64,000 nt of DNA from Candidatus Poriferihabitaceae bacterium. Its GTDB lineage: Bacteria; Pseudomonadota; Gammaproteobacteria; Arenicellales; Poriferihabitantaceae. The stretch lies in contig OZ242021.1 of the NCBI GenBank assembly GCA_965204925.1, forward strand, positions 1,653,500-1,717,499, read 5' to 3'. Shown one piece after another: positions 1 to 9,547 of this stretch. The stretch's first letter is position 1. The number at the start of each line of letters is the position of its first letter. The notes beneath the pieces are model-generated. The model was not told the origin of the DNA, did no database searches, and saw only the letters and a list, made by a program, of their open reading frames with translations. The position numbers and the translations under genes are program-made.

Positions 1-1521
1 TAGAATAAGGGCCGTTTCTTCATAGTCGGAGGATACCATGCCCAGGACCCTGTTTCGCAAGACCCTCAGCGCGCCGGGCCTCCTGCGGCTGGTGCGTGGG
101 GATTTCGATCGCATCGAAGACCCCGTAGCAAGCCGTGGCCTGGGTCTGACGGACTGCCTGATGTCGGCTTTGGCGATGTTCAGCCTGAAGTACCCGTCGC
201 TGCTGAGCTTTGAAAAGGATGCGCGCGACGAGGACCGTATCCGGTCGAACCTCAAAAACCTGTACGGGGTGGTTCGCGCGCCATCGGATACGGCCATGCG
301 TGAGCGTCTGGATCTGGTAGACCCGCGCTCGCTCCGCCGTGTTTTCAAGAGCGTGTTTGCCGCTTTGCAACGGGGCAAGGGTTTGGAGGGTTTCACCTGG
401 TTGGGTCACCATCTGCTGTCGGTAGACGGCACCGGGTATTTCTCATCGAAGAAGGTGCATTGTGAGCGCTGCTGCGAGAAGCATCACCGCGATGGCAGCA
501 CGACCTGGTACCACCAGATGCTGGCGGCGGTGCTGGTTCACCCGCAACACCGGGAGGTATTTCCGCTCGCCCCGGAGCCGCTCCTGCGGGCAGACGGGTC
601 GCGCAAGAACGATTGCGAACGCAATGCCGCCAGGCGGCTGTTGCGGGACGCGCGACGGGAGCATCGGCGCCTGAAGTTGCTGGTGGTGGAAGATGCGCTG
701 GCCTCGAACGGCCCGCACATCCGGCTGCTGGAGGAACTGGATATGCGATATGTGCTGGGGGTGAAGCCGGGAGATCATGGGGAACTGTTCCACTGGGTGG
801 GCGTCACGGCGGCGACCCGTAGCGTGGAGATGGAGAAGGACGGCGCCCGCTTCCGCTTCCGATTCCTGAACGGCGTGCCGTTGAATGACGCGAATTTCGA
901 TTTGGAGGTGAACTTCCTGGAATGCCAGGAGACCCGCGCGGACGGTCGGATACTGCATTTCTCCTGGGTCACGGACCTGGAAGTCACGGAATCCAACGCA
1001 TACGAACTGATGCGGGCGGGACGTGCTCGCTGGCGCATCGAGAATGAAACATTCAATACCCTGAAGAACCAAGGCTACGGCTTTGAACACAATTTCGGTC
1101 ACGGCCGGCAACATCTGGCGACGGTGTTCGCCCACCTGATGATGTTGGCGTTCCTCATGGATCAGGTGCAGCAACGGCGCTGCTCGCTGTTCCGCGCCGC
1201 GCGCGCCAAGGCGGGCAGTTTGAGGTCCCTGTGGGAGCGGCTGCGCGGGCTGTTCTCGGGATTCCACGTTGCGGACTGGGAGACGCTGTACCGGGGTATC
1301 GCGTTCGGGCACCGCAAGCCTGATCTGGTTCCCTTCGACACATCCTGACCCGGTGCCGTGACCGAGTGTGTGAAAGGCCGGTTCTTCAGGAAAACCCATG
1401 GCCAACCGCCGATCCGGCAATCCGCCGGAGGGGTGGCCTTGTCCGCATACCCTTAACGCCTGCGTTTGCATCCGAAAATCCCGCCGAATCCATGTGGGGA
1501 TGTCCTTAGCGGGAATTGCTG
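1..1521 (+). mobile_element. Insertion sequence (DDE transposase, IS4-like/ISNCY-type); left end outside the window
   Basis: Contains the transposase 38-1348. Putative right end GCGGGAATTGCTG at 1509-1521 (reverse complement CAGCAATTCCCGC) resembles the ends I recall for this group; the left IR cannot be checked here. Confidence 0.7.
38..1348 (+). CDS. DDE transposase
   Basis: 436 aa; VDGTG, EDAL and GRARWRIENETFNTLKNQGYGFEHNFGHG motifs; GGAGG RBS before the ATG. Confidence 0.92.
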   Translation: MPRTLFRKTLSAPGLLRLVRGDFDRIEDPVASRGLGLTDCLMSALAMFSLKYPSLLSFEKDARDEDRIRSNLKNLYGVVRAPSDTAMRERLDLVDPRSLRRVFKSVFAALQRGKGLEGFTWLGHHLLSVDGTGYFSSKKVHCERCCEKHHRDGSTTWYHQMLAAVLVHPQHREVFPLAPEPLLRADGSRKNDCERNAARRLLRDARREHRRLKLLVVEDALASNGPHIRLLEELDMRYVLGVKPGDHGELFHWVGVTAATRSVEMEKDGARFRFRFLNGVPLNDANFDLEVNFLECQETRADGRILHFSWVTDLEVTESNAYELMRAGRARWRIENETFNTLKNQGYGFEHNFGHGRQHLATVFAHLMMLAFLMDQVQQRRCSLFRAARAKAGSLRSLWERLRGLFSGFHVADWETLYRGIAFGHRKPDLVPFDTS

Positions 1522-1524
1522 AAA

Positions 1525-2712
1525 ATGAATAGAAGATCAGCGTTGATATCCGCCCTGCTGGCGGTTGTTGCATCGGTCGTTATTGGCGGCAATGCTCAGG
1601 CAGCGAACCCGCAGTTGAAGATCGGTTTTGTCGGCGTAACCAGCGGCCCCGCTGCCGCATGGGGCATCTCGAATGTCCGCTCGATGCAGACCCGCGCGGC
1701 ATGGCTCAATGAAACAGGCGGGGTAGAGATTGGTGGTACAACCTATGACATCGAGATCGTTACGTTTGATGATCAGAAAGACCCCAAGCGCGCCATTGCC
1801 GGTATGGAGAAGATGGCTCAGGCAGGCATTCACTATGTAGTCGGCCCGAATGTGGATGACGGCGCCGCCGCGGTGCGCCCGGTCGCCGAGCAGAACGGCA
1901 TCATCTACTTCCCCTACGCCTTTCCGAAGGAGCTCTACAGCCCGCCTGCGTCGAACGCTGTGCTTGGCATGGTTGCGAACTACCAGTCCGGTCCGGCTAT
2001 TTACAAGTATCTCAAGGAGAACAAAGGGGTCGAAACCATCGCCTTTATCTCGGCCAACGAATCCGATCCCCTGAGCCAGCGTGCAGGTGGCATCGAGGCC
2101 GCCACCGCTCTCGGCCTGGAGATAGTCTCCGACAACGTCACCTATCAGGTTGACACCACCGACTTCACGCCGGTGATCACGCCGGTGATCAGGACCAATC
2201 CGGATCTGCTGGTGCTCTCCGGGGTTGCTCCGGCCAACGCGCCGCAACTGATACGCTCAGCCCGTGAGCTCGGGTTCCAGGGCCTTATTTCGACAGAGAC
2301 GGCGCAGGACGCCACCGTGCTCATGGAGGGCGCCGGTGATCTGGCCAATGGCTTCATCTCGGTAGGGGGAGCCTCAACCCCGGAGATCGCTTCCGACGCC
2401 ATGAAGGAGTTCGTCACTCGCTACACCGAGATGTTCGGTGAATACAACGATGAATCCAACACCAAGGTTTACGCCCTTGAGTACATCATCGAGACGCTCA
2501 AGGCCAACCCTGCGGCGATGGACGATGTCGAGCAATTCAAAATGACCATGGACACATTCTCGGCCGCCAATCCTTACATGAAAGGCGATTCCATGATGAG
2601 ATATGTGGGAATGTCGTCTTTCGGTCAGCGGCGCCAGATCGCAGTCCCCCTTGTGGTCAACGAATTCCGCGACGGGAAGTTCGAGACGCTGTTCGTAGCC
2701 GAAGTCGACTGA
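1525..2712 (+). CDS. Branched-chain amino acid-type ABC transporter substrate-binding protein
   Basis: Signal peptide MNRRSALISALLAV..AQA; KIGFVGVTSGPAAAWG and DDQKDP motifs; first gene of a Liv-type operon. Start set at ATG 1525. Confidence 0.9.
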   Translation: MNRRSALISALLAVVASVVIGGNAQAANPQLKIGFVGVTSGPAAAWGISNVRSMQTRAAWLNETGGVEIGGTTYDIEIVTFDDQKDPKRAIAGMEKMAQAGIHYVVGPNVDDGAAAVRPVAEQNGIIYFPYAFPKELYSPPASNAVLGMVANYQSGPAIYKYLKENKGVETIAFISANESDPLSQRAGGIEAATALGLEIVSDNVTYQVDTTDFTPVITPVIRTNPDLLVLSGVAPANAPQLIRSARELGFQGLISTETAQDATVLMEGAGDLANGFISVGGASTPEIASDAMKEFVTRYTEMFGEYNDESNTKVYALEYIIETLKANPAAMDDVEQFKMTMDTFSAANPYMKGDSMMRYVGMSSFGQRRQIAVPLVVNEFRDGKFETLFVAEVD

Positions 2713-2739
2713 CGTCTCCGGCCATATTTTCTTCATGAT

Positions 2740-2774
2740 GGAACAGGCTCGCCCCGTTGTTGCGGGCCTGTTCC
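2740..2774 (+). terminator. Intergenic hairpin after the substrate-binding gene (mRNA stabiliser or partial terminator)
   Basis: GGAACAGGC (2740-2748) pairs with GCCTGTTCC (2766-2774). Confidence 0.55.
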
Positions 2775-2797
2775 TGATATTCCCCGCCTGACCGCTT

Positions 2798-3667
2798 ATG
2801 GAACAGGTCTTGGTGAACGGGTTCTATCTGGGCGCCCAGTACGCGCTGATTGCGCTCGGCCTGACTCTTATTTTCGCCCTGATGAATGTGCTCAACTTTG
2901 CGCATGGGCAGTTGTATGTCCTGGGCGGCTTCGTTACTTACACTATCTACGGGCAACTCGGCCTGCCCTATGTGGTCGCTCTGTTCGCGACCGCAGTCAG
3001 TCTGGCCATAGTCGGGGCGTTGATTGAGAAGTTTCTGTTCCGGCCAGTTATCAGGCGCTCCCTGCGCGAGGAAAGCACGATGCTGCTCGCCGCCGGCGTT
3101 GCCTTCCTGCTGGATGCCGTGATCCTTCTGCTGTTCGGCGAGAAGCAGCGGGGTGTGCCGAAGATCGTTGACGGAGTGTTCAACTGGGACTTCCGCATCA
3201 TCATGCCATACGACCGCATACTGATCTGCTTCCTGGCTGTCGGTTGCATCGCCGCCTTCATTTCCTACATGCACTACAGCAAGACCGGACGGGCATTGCG
3301 CGCTCTGGCGCAGGACCGCGTTGCAGCCCAGCTCATGGGCGTCAATGTCGATCACTACTCGATGATCGGCTTTGCAATCGGAGCCATGCTCGCCGGCATC
3401 GTCGGCGGCCTCCTGGTGACCATTACCGGTGTCAACCTCGGTATGGGCGGGCCGACGTCAATCAAGGCGTTTATCATGGTAATGATTGGAGGGGCCGGGG
3501 TGATTCCCGGCGCGATTATCGGCGGCTTTATCCTCGGCATGATGGAATCAATCGGGTTGAGCGTGCTCTCCCAGTATGGTGACCTCACCTATCTCGTCAT
3601 CTTCACGTCGCTGATGATCTTCCTTGCGATCCGCCCGCAGGGGATCATGGGGAAGCCCTGGGGCTGA
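2798..3667 (+). CDS. ABC permease, LivH-like
   Basis: YALIALGLTLIF..LNFAHG and GRALRALAQD..AAQLMGVN motifs. Confidence 0.93.
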   Translation: MEQVLVNGFYLGAQYALIALGLTLIFALMNVLNFAHGQLYVLGGFVTYTIYGQLGLPYVVALFATAVSLAIVGALIEKFLFRPVIRRSLREESTMLLAAGVAFLLDAVILLLFGEKQRGVPKIVDGVFNWDFRIIMPYDRILICFLAVGCIAAFISYMHYSKTGRALRALAQDRVAAQLMGVNVDHYSMIGFAIGAMLAGIVGGLLVTITGVNLGMGGPTSIKAFIMVMIGGAGVIPGAIIGGFILGMMESIGLSVLSQYGDLTYLVIFTSLMIFLAIRPQGIMGKPWG

Positions 3668-3671
3668 CAAT

Positions 3672-4652
3672 ATGAGCCGGACTGCGCAGATTCTGGGTAC
3701 TGCGGTATTTTTCGTTGTTCTGCTGGTTTTCGTGCCTTGGCTCATCCAGTCAACCGCACGCTGGGACCTCTATTTCACCCTGACCTCGGTGGCACTGCTG
3801 GCAATCGCGAGCGCTGGCGTGTGGCTGACTTTCTACATCGGGCGCATCAACATCGGGCAGGGCGCTTACGCGCTCGCTGGTGGATACGTATCGGCGATAC
3901 TGGTCACGCAGTACGGGGTGTCCTTCTGGTTGACCCTGCCGATCGCCGGTATCTTTTGCGCCTTGCTGAGTGTGCTGATCGGGCTGCCTATTCTCAGGCT
4001 TCGCGGCGTGTACTTTGCCATGATCACTCTCGTCCTGACCGAGGTCGCCCGCCTGACGGCGCTGGCATTGCCGATTACACAGGGCGCGAAAGGTATCGTG
4101 TCCATACCGCTGCCCGGCGAGCTTGCCATATTCGGGGTGACGATCATCCCTGATTTCGCTACGATCGGCAACGTCAAGCTGGCGTTTTATTACCTCGCGG
4201 TGATCCTCATGATCCTGTGCTATGCCGGTCTCTACCGCCTCGTGCATTCACGTCTCGGCCATCTGTGCCGCTCGCTGCAGCAGAACGAGGAACTCGCTTC
4301 CTCGATTGGCGTCAACATCGCCTCGCTGCGCATCGTCGCTTATGCCATCTCGTCGTTTCTCGGCGGTATCGGCGGGGCTGTTTTCGTAGCCATCTCGCAG
4401 TCGATCTACCCCTCGAGCTTTCAGGTGAAGGACTCGATCGACTTTATGCTCAACTGCTTTCTCGGCGGGCTCGGCTATGTGTTCGGTCCGATGCTCGGGA
4501 CTCTGGTGCTTTACTTCGGCTGGGACTTTCTCTTCCAGACCGGCAAGTTCCAGTTACTGATCTACTCATGCCTGCTCATCGCGCTGATTCTGTTGCTACC
4601 GAACGGGTTGCTGAGTATCCGTCTCCCGCGCAGAAAGAAGGCAGTGCGGTGA
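3672..4652 (+). CDS. ABC permease, LivM-like
   Basis: LRLRGVYFAMITL motif; hydrophobic; start reassigned to ATG 3672. Confidence 0.92.
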   Translation: MSRTAQILGTAVFFVVLLVFVPWLIQSTARWDLYFTLTSVALLAIASAGVWLTFYIGRINIGQGAYALAGGYVSAILVTQYGVSFWLTLPIAGIFCALLSVLIGLPILRLRGVYFAMITLVLTEVARLTALALPITQGAKGIVSIPLPGELAIFGVTIIPDFATIGNVKLAFYYLAVILMILCYAGLYRLVHSRLGHLCRSLQQNEELASSIGVNIASLRIVAYAISSFLGGIGGAVFVAISQSIYPSSFQVKDSIDFMLNCFLGGLGYVFGPMLGTLVLYFGWDFLFQTGKFQLLIYSCLLIALILLLPNGLLSIRLPRRKKAVR

Positions 4653-5428
4653 GTGCACTGCTGGAAATCAGGGGAGTAACGAAACGCTTCGGCGGCCTGA
4701 AGGCGGTCAACGACGTGTCGTTCTCGGTACAGGAGGGGGAAATCCTGTCGGTTATCGGTCCGAACGGGGCGGGCAAGTCCACACTCTTCAAACTCATCTC
4801 GTCATTCCTGCGAACTTCCGCCGGTGAGGTCCTGTTGCGGGGCGAGCGCATCTCGAATCTGGCGCCGCATATAGTGGCGCGCAGAGGGGTCGTGCGGACA
4901 TTTCAGGAGACGATGATTTTCAAGGACATGACGGTGCGCGACAATATCATTGTCGCACATCACTTGCGCTCGCAGGCGAACTTGCTGGGATACTTCCTCG
5001 GTGTCGCCGCAGCCCGTTCGGACGAGGCGCGTTTCGGTCAGTCGGCAGACGCGATTCTGGCCTTTCTGGGACTCGCGGAAATCAGCAACGAGACCGCGAG
5101 CAACCTGCCACAGGGTCATCTGCGGGCGTTGGGGATCGCGATTGGCCTCGCTACCGATCCGTCTATCCTGCTCCTTGACGAACCGTTCGCCGGCATGAAC
5201 CATGATGAGACGATGCGCACTGTGGATCTGGTATGCGGAGTACGTGATCGCGGGGTGACGGTGCTGCTTGTTGAGCACGACATGTCGGCGGTCATGAAGA
5301 TTTCCGATCGCATCGTTGTTCTCAACTTCGGTGAGAAGATCGCGGAAGGCGTTCCATCCGCGATCCAGCGCGATGAGAAGGTCGTCGAGGCTTATCTCGG
5401 CATTGAGGACGATACGATCGGGATTTAG
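4649..5428 (+). CDS. ABC ATP-binding protein, LivG-like
   Basis: GPNGAGKST, LLLDEP, LVEHDM, EAYLG; GTG start overlaps the previous stop (GTGA). Confidence 0.93.
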   Translation: MSALLEIRGVTKRFGGLKAVNDVSFSVQEGEILSVIGPNGAGKSTLFKLISSFLRTSAGEVLLRGERISNLAPHIVARRGVVRTFQETMIFKDMTVRDNIIVAHHLRSQANLLGYFLGVAAARSDEARFGQSADAILAFLGLAEISNETASNLPQGHLRALGIAIGLATDPSILLLDEPFAGMNHDETMRTVDLVCGVRDRGVTVLLVEHDMSAVMKISDRIVVLNFGEKIAEGVPSAIQRDEKVVEAYLGIEDDTIGI

Positions 5429-5431
5429 CCA

Positions 5432-6154
5432 ATGGATGAGATGCTGCAATTTTCCGGTGTGGATATGTACTATGATCATGTCTACGCCCTGAAGGGGGTA
5501 TCGATCAATCTGAAGCAGGGAGAGACGGTCGCGCTGATCGGCGCCAACGGCGCCGGCAAGTCCTCCATTCTGCGGGCGATTACCGGCCTGCACCCGATCC
5601 ATAGCGGCGAGATCCGCTTTCAGGGCGACCGCATTGATGGCGCCACGCCTGCTGCGATCGTTGAGATGGGTATCGTCATGGTGCCGGAAGGGCGGCGCGT
5701 GTTCCCCCACATGTCGGTCAGGGATAACCTGTTGATGGGCGCGTTCACCCGTTCCGGCAAGGCCGCGATCGCGCACACCCTGGAAGATGTCCTCGGGCGT
5801 TTCCCGCGCCTTGAGGAGCGTTACTCGCAGGCGGCCGGTACCCTGAGCGGAGGCGAGCAACAGCAGCTGGTTATCGGGCGGGCGCTGATGGCTTGCCCGC
5901 GCCTGTTGCTTCTTGACGAACCGTCGCTCGGTATCGCGCCCACGCTTGTACAGAACATCGCCCGTTCGATCGTCGCCATCAACCGCGACGAGAATGTCTC
6001 CGTGTTGCTGGTAGAGCAGAATTCACGCATGGCATTGCGCATCTCCAACCGCGCGTACGCGCTGGCGACCGGCTCTGTGGTGATCAGCGGTGAATCCGCG
6101 CAACTGCTGGAGGATGAGCGCATCAGGGCGGCCTATCTGGGCGGCGAAATCTGA
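5432..6154 (+). CDS. ABC ATP-binding protein, LivF-like
   Basis: GANGAGKSS, VPEGRRVF, LSGGEQQ, LDEPSLG, VEQN. Confidence 0.93.
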   Translation: MDEMLQFSGVDMYYDHVYALKGVSINLKQGETVALIGANGAGKSSILRAITGLHPIHSGEIRFQGDRIDGATPAAIVEMGIVMVPEGRRVFPHMSVRDNLLMGAFTRSGKAAIAHTLEDVLGRFPRLEERYSQAAGTLSGGEQQQLVIGRALMACPRLLLLDEPSLGIAPTLVQNIARSIVAINRDENVSVLLVEQNSRMALRISNRAYALATGSVVISGESAQLLEDERIRAAYLGGEI

Positions 6155-6161
6155 AGGAGTT

Positions 6162-6926
6162 ATGGAATCTGATACGATGCAAGTACTGCTCGTCAATCCC
6201 AACACGACCGCTTCGATGACCGCCAGGATGTACGATGCCGCGCGCGTCGTTTCGGCGCAGAGTACCGGGATTGTCGCTGTGACTGCCGGATACGGGCCGG
6301 AGAGCATTGAGGGATACTATGATGAGGTGTTTTCGGTCCCGGCTCTGCTGGAGCGGGTACGGGAGTATCCGGATGCCGCCGGTGTTGTTGTCGGATGCTT
6401 CGACGATACCGGGGTCGACGCGGCGCGGTGCGTGACTGCCGCGCCGGTGATCGGTATCTGCCAGGCAGCGATGCAGGTCGCGTCCATCGTTTCCGGCAGC
6501 TTTACGGTGGTCACCACCTTGCGGCGTTCCGTGCCGGCCCTTGAGCATCTCGCGCGGCGCTACGGGTACGCGAACCTGTGTCGCAAGGTCAGGGCGTCCG
6601 AGATTCCCGTTCTGGCGCTCGAAGACCCGGCATCGGGCGCCCGTGACCAGCTTCGCGCCGAAATCCGTCGTGCGCTTGACGAAGACGGATGCGAGTCCAT
6701 TGTGCTTGGCTGCGCCGGCATGGTGGACATGGCCCGATCGCTTTCCGATGAATTGGGGGCGCCGGTAATAGAGGGCGTTACCGCGGCGGTAAAGATTATC
6801 GAAAGTCTCGCGGCCATCGGAGTCACGACATCGAAGCGGGGCGGCTATGCTCCGCCCCGGGTCAAGAATTACACAGGAGCATTCTCACGATTCGCCCCGG
6901 GCGAAGGAGGCTCATATGCATGTTGA
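6162..6926 (+). CDS. Hydantoin/allantoin racemase (Asp/Glu racemase family)
   Basis: VNPNTTASMT, GPESIEG, GCFDDTG, VLGCAGM (two catalytic Cys); AAGGAG RBS before ATG 6162. Confidence 0.9.
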   Translation: MESDTMQVLLVNPNTTASMTARMYDAARVVSAQSTGIVAVTAGYGPESIEGYYDEVFSVPALLERVREYPDAAGVVVGCFDDTGVDAARCVTAAPVIGICQAAMQVASIVSGSFTVVTTLRRSVPALEHLARRYGYANLCRKVRASEIPVLALEDPASGARDQLRAEIRRALDEDGCESIVLGCAGMVDMARSLSDELGAPVIEGVTAAVKIIESLAAIGVTTSKRGGYAPPRVKNYTGAFSRFAPGEGGSYAC

Positions 6927-6999
6927 CCTGAAGCGGGGTAGCAGTTTTCATTTTGGCCGGTTCTTATCCTGAGCAGTCTGAAAACACAGATCGGGCGCG

Positions 7000-8217
7000 T
7001 TACCCGGCTCTTCGGTAGGCAACGTGGACGACATCAGTGGCCCCGGATGCGAAGCCGGCGGCACAGGCTGCGAGGTAGAAGTTCCACATGCGGCAGAAGC
7101 CGTCATCGAAACCCAATTTGGCAATCTGCTCCCGATTATTATTGAATCGGCAACGCCATTCACGCAGCGTGCGCGAATAACTGTCGGCGAAAGCTGCGAA
7201 CCCGATGGTTTCGAGTCCTGAAGCTGCGGATTGCTCACGCAAGATTCTGCTGGTTGGCAACATTCCGCCGGGGAAGATATGCTTGCGCATGAAGTCCATG
7301 CCGGTTCGGTATTGGGGGTATAACCAGTCTGCAATCGTGATCGCCTGAAGCGCCGCGATACCGCCAGGCCGCAGTCTGTTATAGAGCGTGGCAAAGTAGG
7401 TCGGCCAGTATTTCTCTCCGACCGCTTCGATCATTTCGATCGAGGCGATCTTGTCGTACGCGCCGCGCTCGTCGCGGTAATCGCGCAACAGTATGCTGAC
7501 CTTCTCCGACAACCCCGATTCGAATATCCTGCGCCGTGCATAGTCATGCTGTTCCCGTGAGAGGGTAAGACCGGTTACGCGGGCGCCACGTTCACGCGCC
7601 AGATACTCGGCAAAACCACCCCAGCCGCAGCCGATTTCAAGAATGCGCTCGCCGGGTATCGGCGCAAGACGATCGCAGATGGCTGCATATTTGTTTCTCT
7701 GCGCGTCGGCCAGGGTTTCCTGTGCGTTACGGAAAAGCGCTGACGAGTAAGTCATGGTCTCGTCAAGCCACAGGTCGTAAAAGGCGTTACCGAGATCATA
7801 GTGATGCGCGATATTGCGCCTTGATCCCTTGCGGCTGTTGCCATTGAGGAAATGGCGCAGGCGTGAAAAGTAGCGAAACAATCTGGCGCCGGGAAGACGC
7901 TGCACTATATTTTCGTTGTTCAGCATGATGACATCCAGCAGAGACTGCAGGTCGGGTGTCGTCCACCAGCCCTCCATGAACATCTCGCCAAATCCGAGGT
8001 CGCTTTCCCGCAGCAGGCGCGGGAAGAACTTTGCGTTATGCACTGTGATGCGGCCGCAGGGACCAGGTTTTTCACGAGTGGCCCGGAAGCGCCTGCCGTC
8101 TGGCAGTATGATCTCGATCGTTCCGCGCTCAATGCGATTGAGAATGGATTGCAGGATATGGGATTGACTCCAATGAGCCAGATCGGGAAAAGCCCTGAAC
8201 CAGCCGGGAGCAGTCAT
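7000..8217 (-). CDS. Cyclopropane-fatty-acyl-phospholipid synthase family methyltransferase (Cfa/UfaM-like)
   Basis: NIAHHYDLGNAFY.LWLD.TMTYS, LEIGCGWGG, SIEMIEAVG, IFPGGMLP. Confidence 0.92.
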   Translation of the reverse strand: MTAPGWFRAFPDLAHWSQSHILQSILNRIERGTIEIILPDGRRFRATREKPGPCGRITVHNAKFFPRLLRESDLGFGEMFMEGWWTTPDLQSLLDVIMLNNENIVQRLPGARLFRYFSRLRHFLNGNSRKGSRRNIAHHYDLGNAFYDLWLDETMTYSSALFRNAQETLADAQRNKYAAICDRLAPIPGERILEIGCGWGGFAEYLARERGARVTGLTLSREQHDYARRRIFESGLSEKVSILLRDYRDERGAYDKIASIEMIEAVGEKYWPTYFATLYNRLRPGGIAALQAITIADWLYPQYRTGMDFMRKHIFPGGMLPTSRILREQSAASGLETIGFAAFADSYSRTLREWRCRFNNNREQIAKLGFDDGFCRMWNFYLAACAAGFASGATDVVHVAYRRAG

Positions 8218-8993
8218 GAGGCGTTGTCCGATTCTTTGCCGGCGAGTCCCGACAGCCGGAAATAAAGCGGCGCGGGCAGGGCCGCAAGCAACTTCATGGC
8301 TATCGTCATTGCCAGAGGAAAGGCGATCTCGAAGCGGCCTCGCGCCATGCCACGCACAATATGTTCAGCGGCAGACTGCGGAGTCATTATGAACGGCATA
8401 TGGAAATGATTTTTGTCGGTCAGGCGTGTCGCTACGAAGCCCGGATTACAAATTTGCACAAGAATGCCGGATGTGCGCAGGTCACAGCGCAGATTCTCCG
8501 CAACATGGATCAGCGCAGCCTTGGTTGCGCCGTATCCCCAGGCGTTGGGTAGTCCACGGTAGCCTGACAGGGAACCAACCAGCAGAATATGTCCCGATCC
8601 ACGCCGGCAAAATGCCGGCACGCAGGGCGCCAGGACACGCAGGGCGCCCATCAGGTTGACATGGACCATGGTTTCAAGAGCCGCCACATCCGGTTGGCGC
8701 GCCGACATCGGTTCATAGGCGCCGGCGCAATAGATAACACCATCCACCGCGGTCATGCTATGCGCAGCCTGCATTGTGCCGGCGCTGTCGGTAACATCGA
8801 TCGGGAGTGCGCTGTGTCCTCCCCGGGAGGTCTGTACGGGCGCCATTTCGCCAAGCAATCTTGCGAGCGCCTCACCGTCTCGAGCCGATACGGTAACAGC
8901 GGTTCCCGCGCGCGCCAGACGCAGGGCGAGACAGCGGCCGATACCGGCGCTGGCGCCGATCAGCCAGAAATGTTTACCCGCCAGTCGCCTCAT
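8214..8993 (-). CDS. Short-chain dehydrogenase/reductase
   Basis: GASAGIG, YGATKAA (YxxxK), NPGFVAT; start moved to the ATG overlapping the upstream stop. Confidence 0.9.
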   Translation of the reverse strand: MRRLAGKHFWLIGASAGIGRCLALRLARAGTAVTVSARDGEALARLLGEMAPVQTSRGGHSALPIDVTDSAGTMQAAHSMTAVDGVIYCAGAYEPMSARQPDVAALETMVHVNLMGALRVLAPCVPAFCRRGSGHILLVGSLSGYRGLPNAWGYGATKAALIHVAENLRCDLRTSGILVQICNPGFVATRLTDKNHFHMPFIMTPQSAAEHIVRGMARGRFEIAFPLAMTIAMKLLAALPAPLYFRLSGLAGKESDNAS

Positions 8994-9547
8994 TCGGGAT
9001 TGACTTGCAAAGCCGCTGTATCGCCGCGAGCGCCCTTCGTGAAACATGCCACGATCTCGCCAACCTTGAATCCGAATTTGGTCATGCGGGCGCGATTGAT
9101 CAATGTGCCGTCCTGCATGAGATAGAACCAGTCTTCCATACCCACGATAATCGTACCCTTGTCCCTCGCTAGCCGTAGCCGATAACGCATGACGGCCGCG
9201 TTGCCGCTCTGTACGCCTGTTGCTGTACCTTCTACATCCTGAGCCTGTGCAGTGAAATTCCGGCTATCCGCAAAAGCCATGTTCCAGCGTCTCTCGCCCG
9301 TTTCACCATCGTCGTAACGAAAGCGCTCGTCCAGTGTACCCCGGTTTTCGGTCCAGCTTGCGCTCATTTCGACCGTGAGCCGTCGAGTCAAGCGCGCCGT
9401 GAGACCAAAGAATACGCCACAAGCCGTCAATGGGCCATTCAGATAATCCCTGAGATCAAGGACCGGTTGGTTGGCTGCATAGTCGTCAATATCCTGCGCC
9501 CCCGATTCGAATAACAGGGCGGAGGCTGGAAAATGTCTTGTTTTCAT
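8990..9547 (-). CDS. DUF3833 family protein
   Basis: DY....P.LDL..Y.NG, LDERF.YDDGE...R.W, DWFYL..DGTLINRA.MTKFG pattern; usual member of this cluster. Confidence 0.8.
   Translation of the reverse strand: MKTRHFPASALLFESGAQDIDDYAANQPVLDLRDYLNGPLTACGVFFGLTARLTRRLTVEMSASWTENRGTLDERFRYDDGETGERRWNMAFADSRNFTAQAQDVEGTATGVQSGNAAVMRYRLRLARDKGTIIVGMEDWFYLMQDGTLINRARMTKFGFKVGEIVACFTKGARGDTAALQVNPE

Noticed and set aside
443..1573. Long antisense or overlapping ORFs (443-1573, 4802-5860, 18266-19169, 22123-23208, 36784-37818, 42917-43900 and others)
   Set aside because: Shadow ORFs of well-supported genes in GC-rich DNA, with no recognisable motifs.
2165..2191. 12 bp tandem duplication TCACGCCGGTGA
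   Set aside because: In-frame TPVI-TPVI inside an intact gene; too short to interpret.
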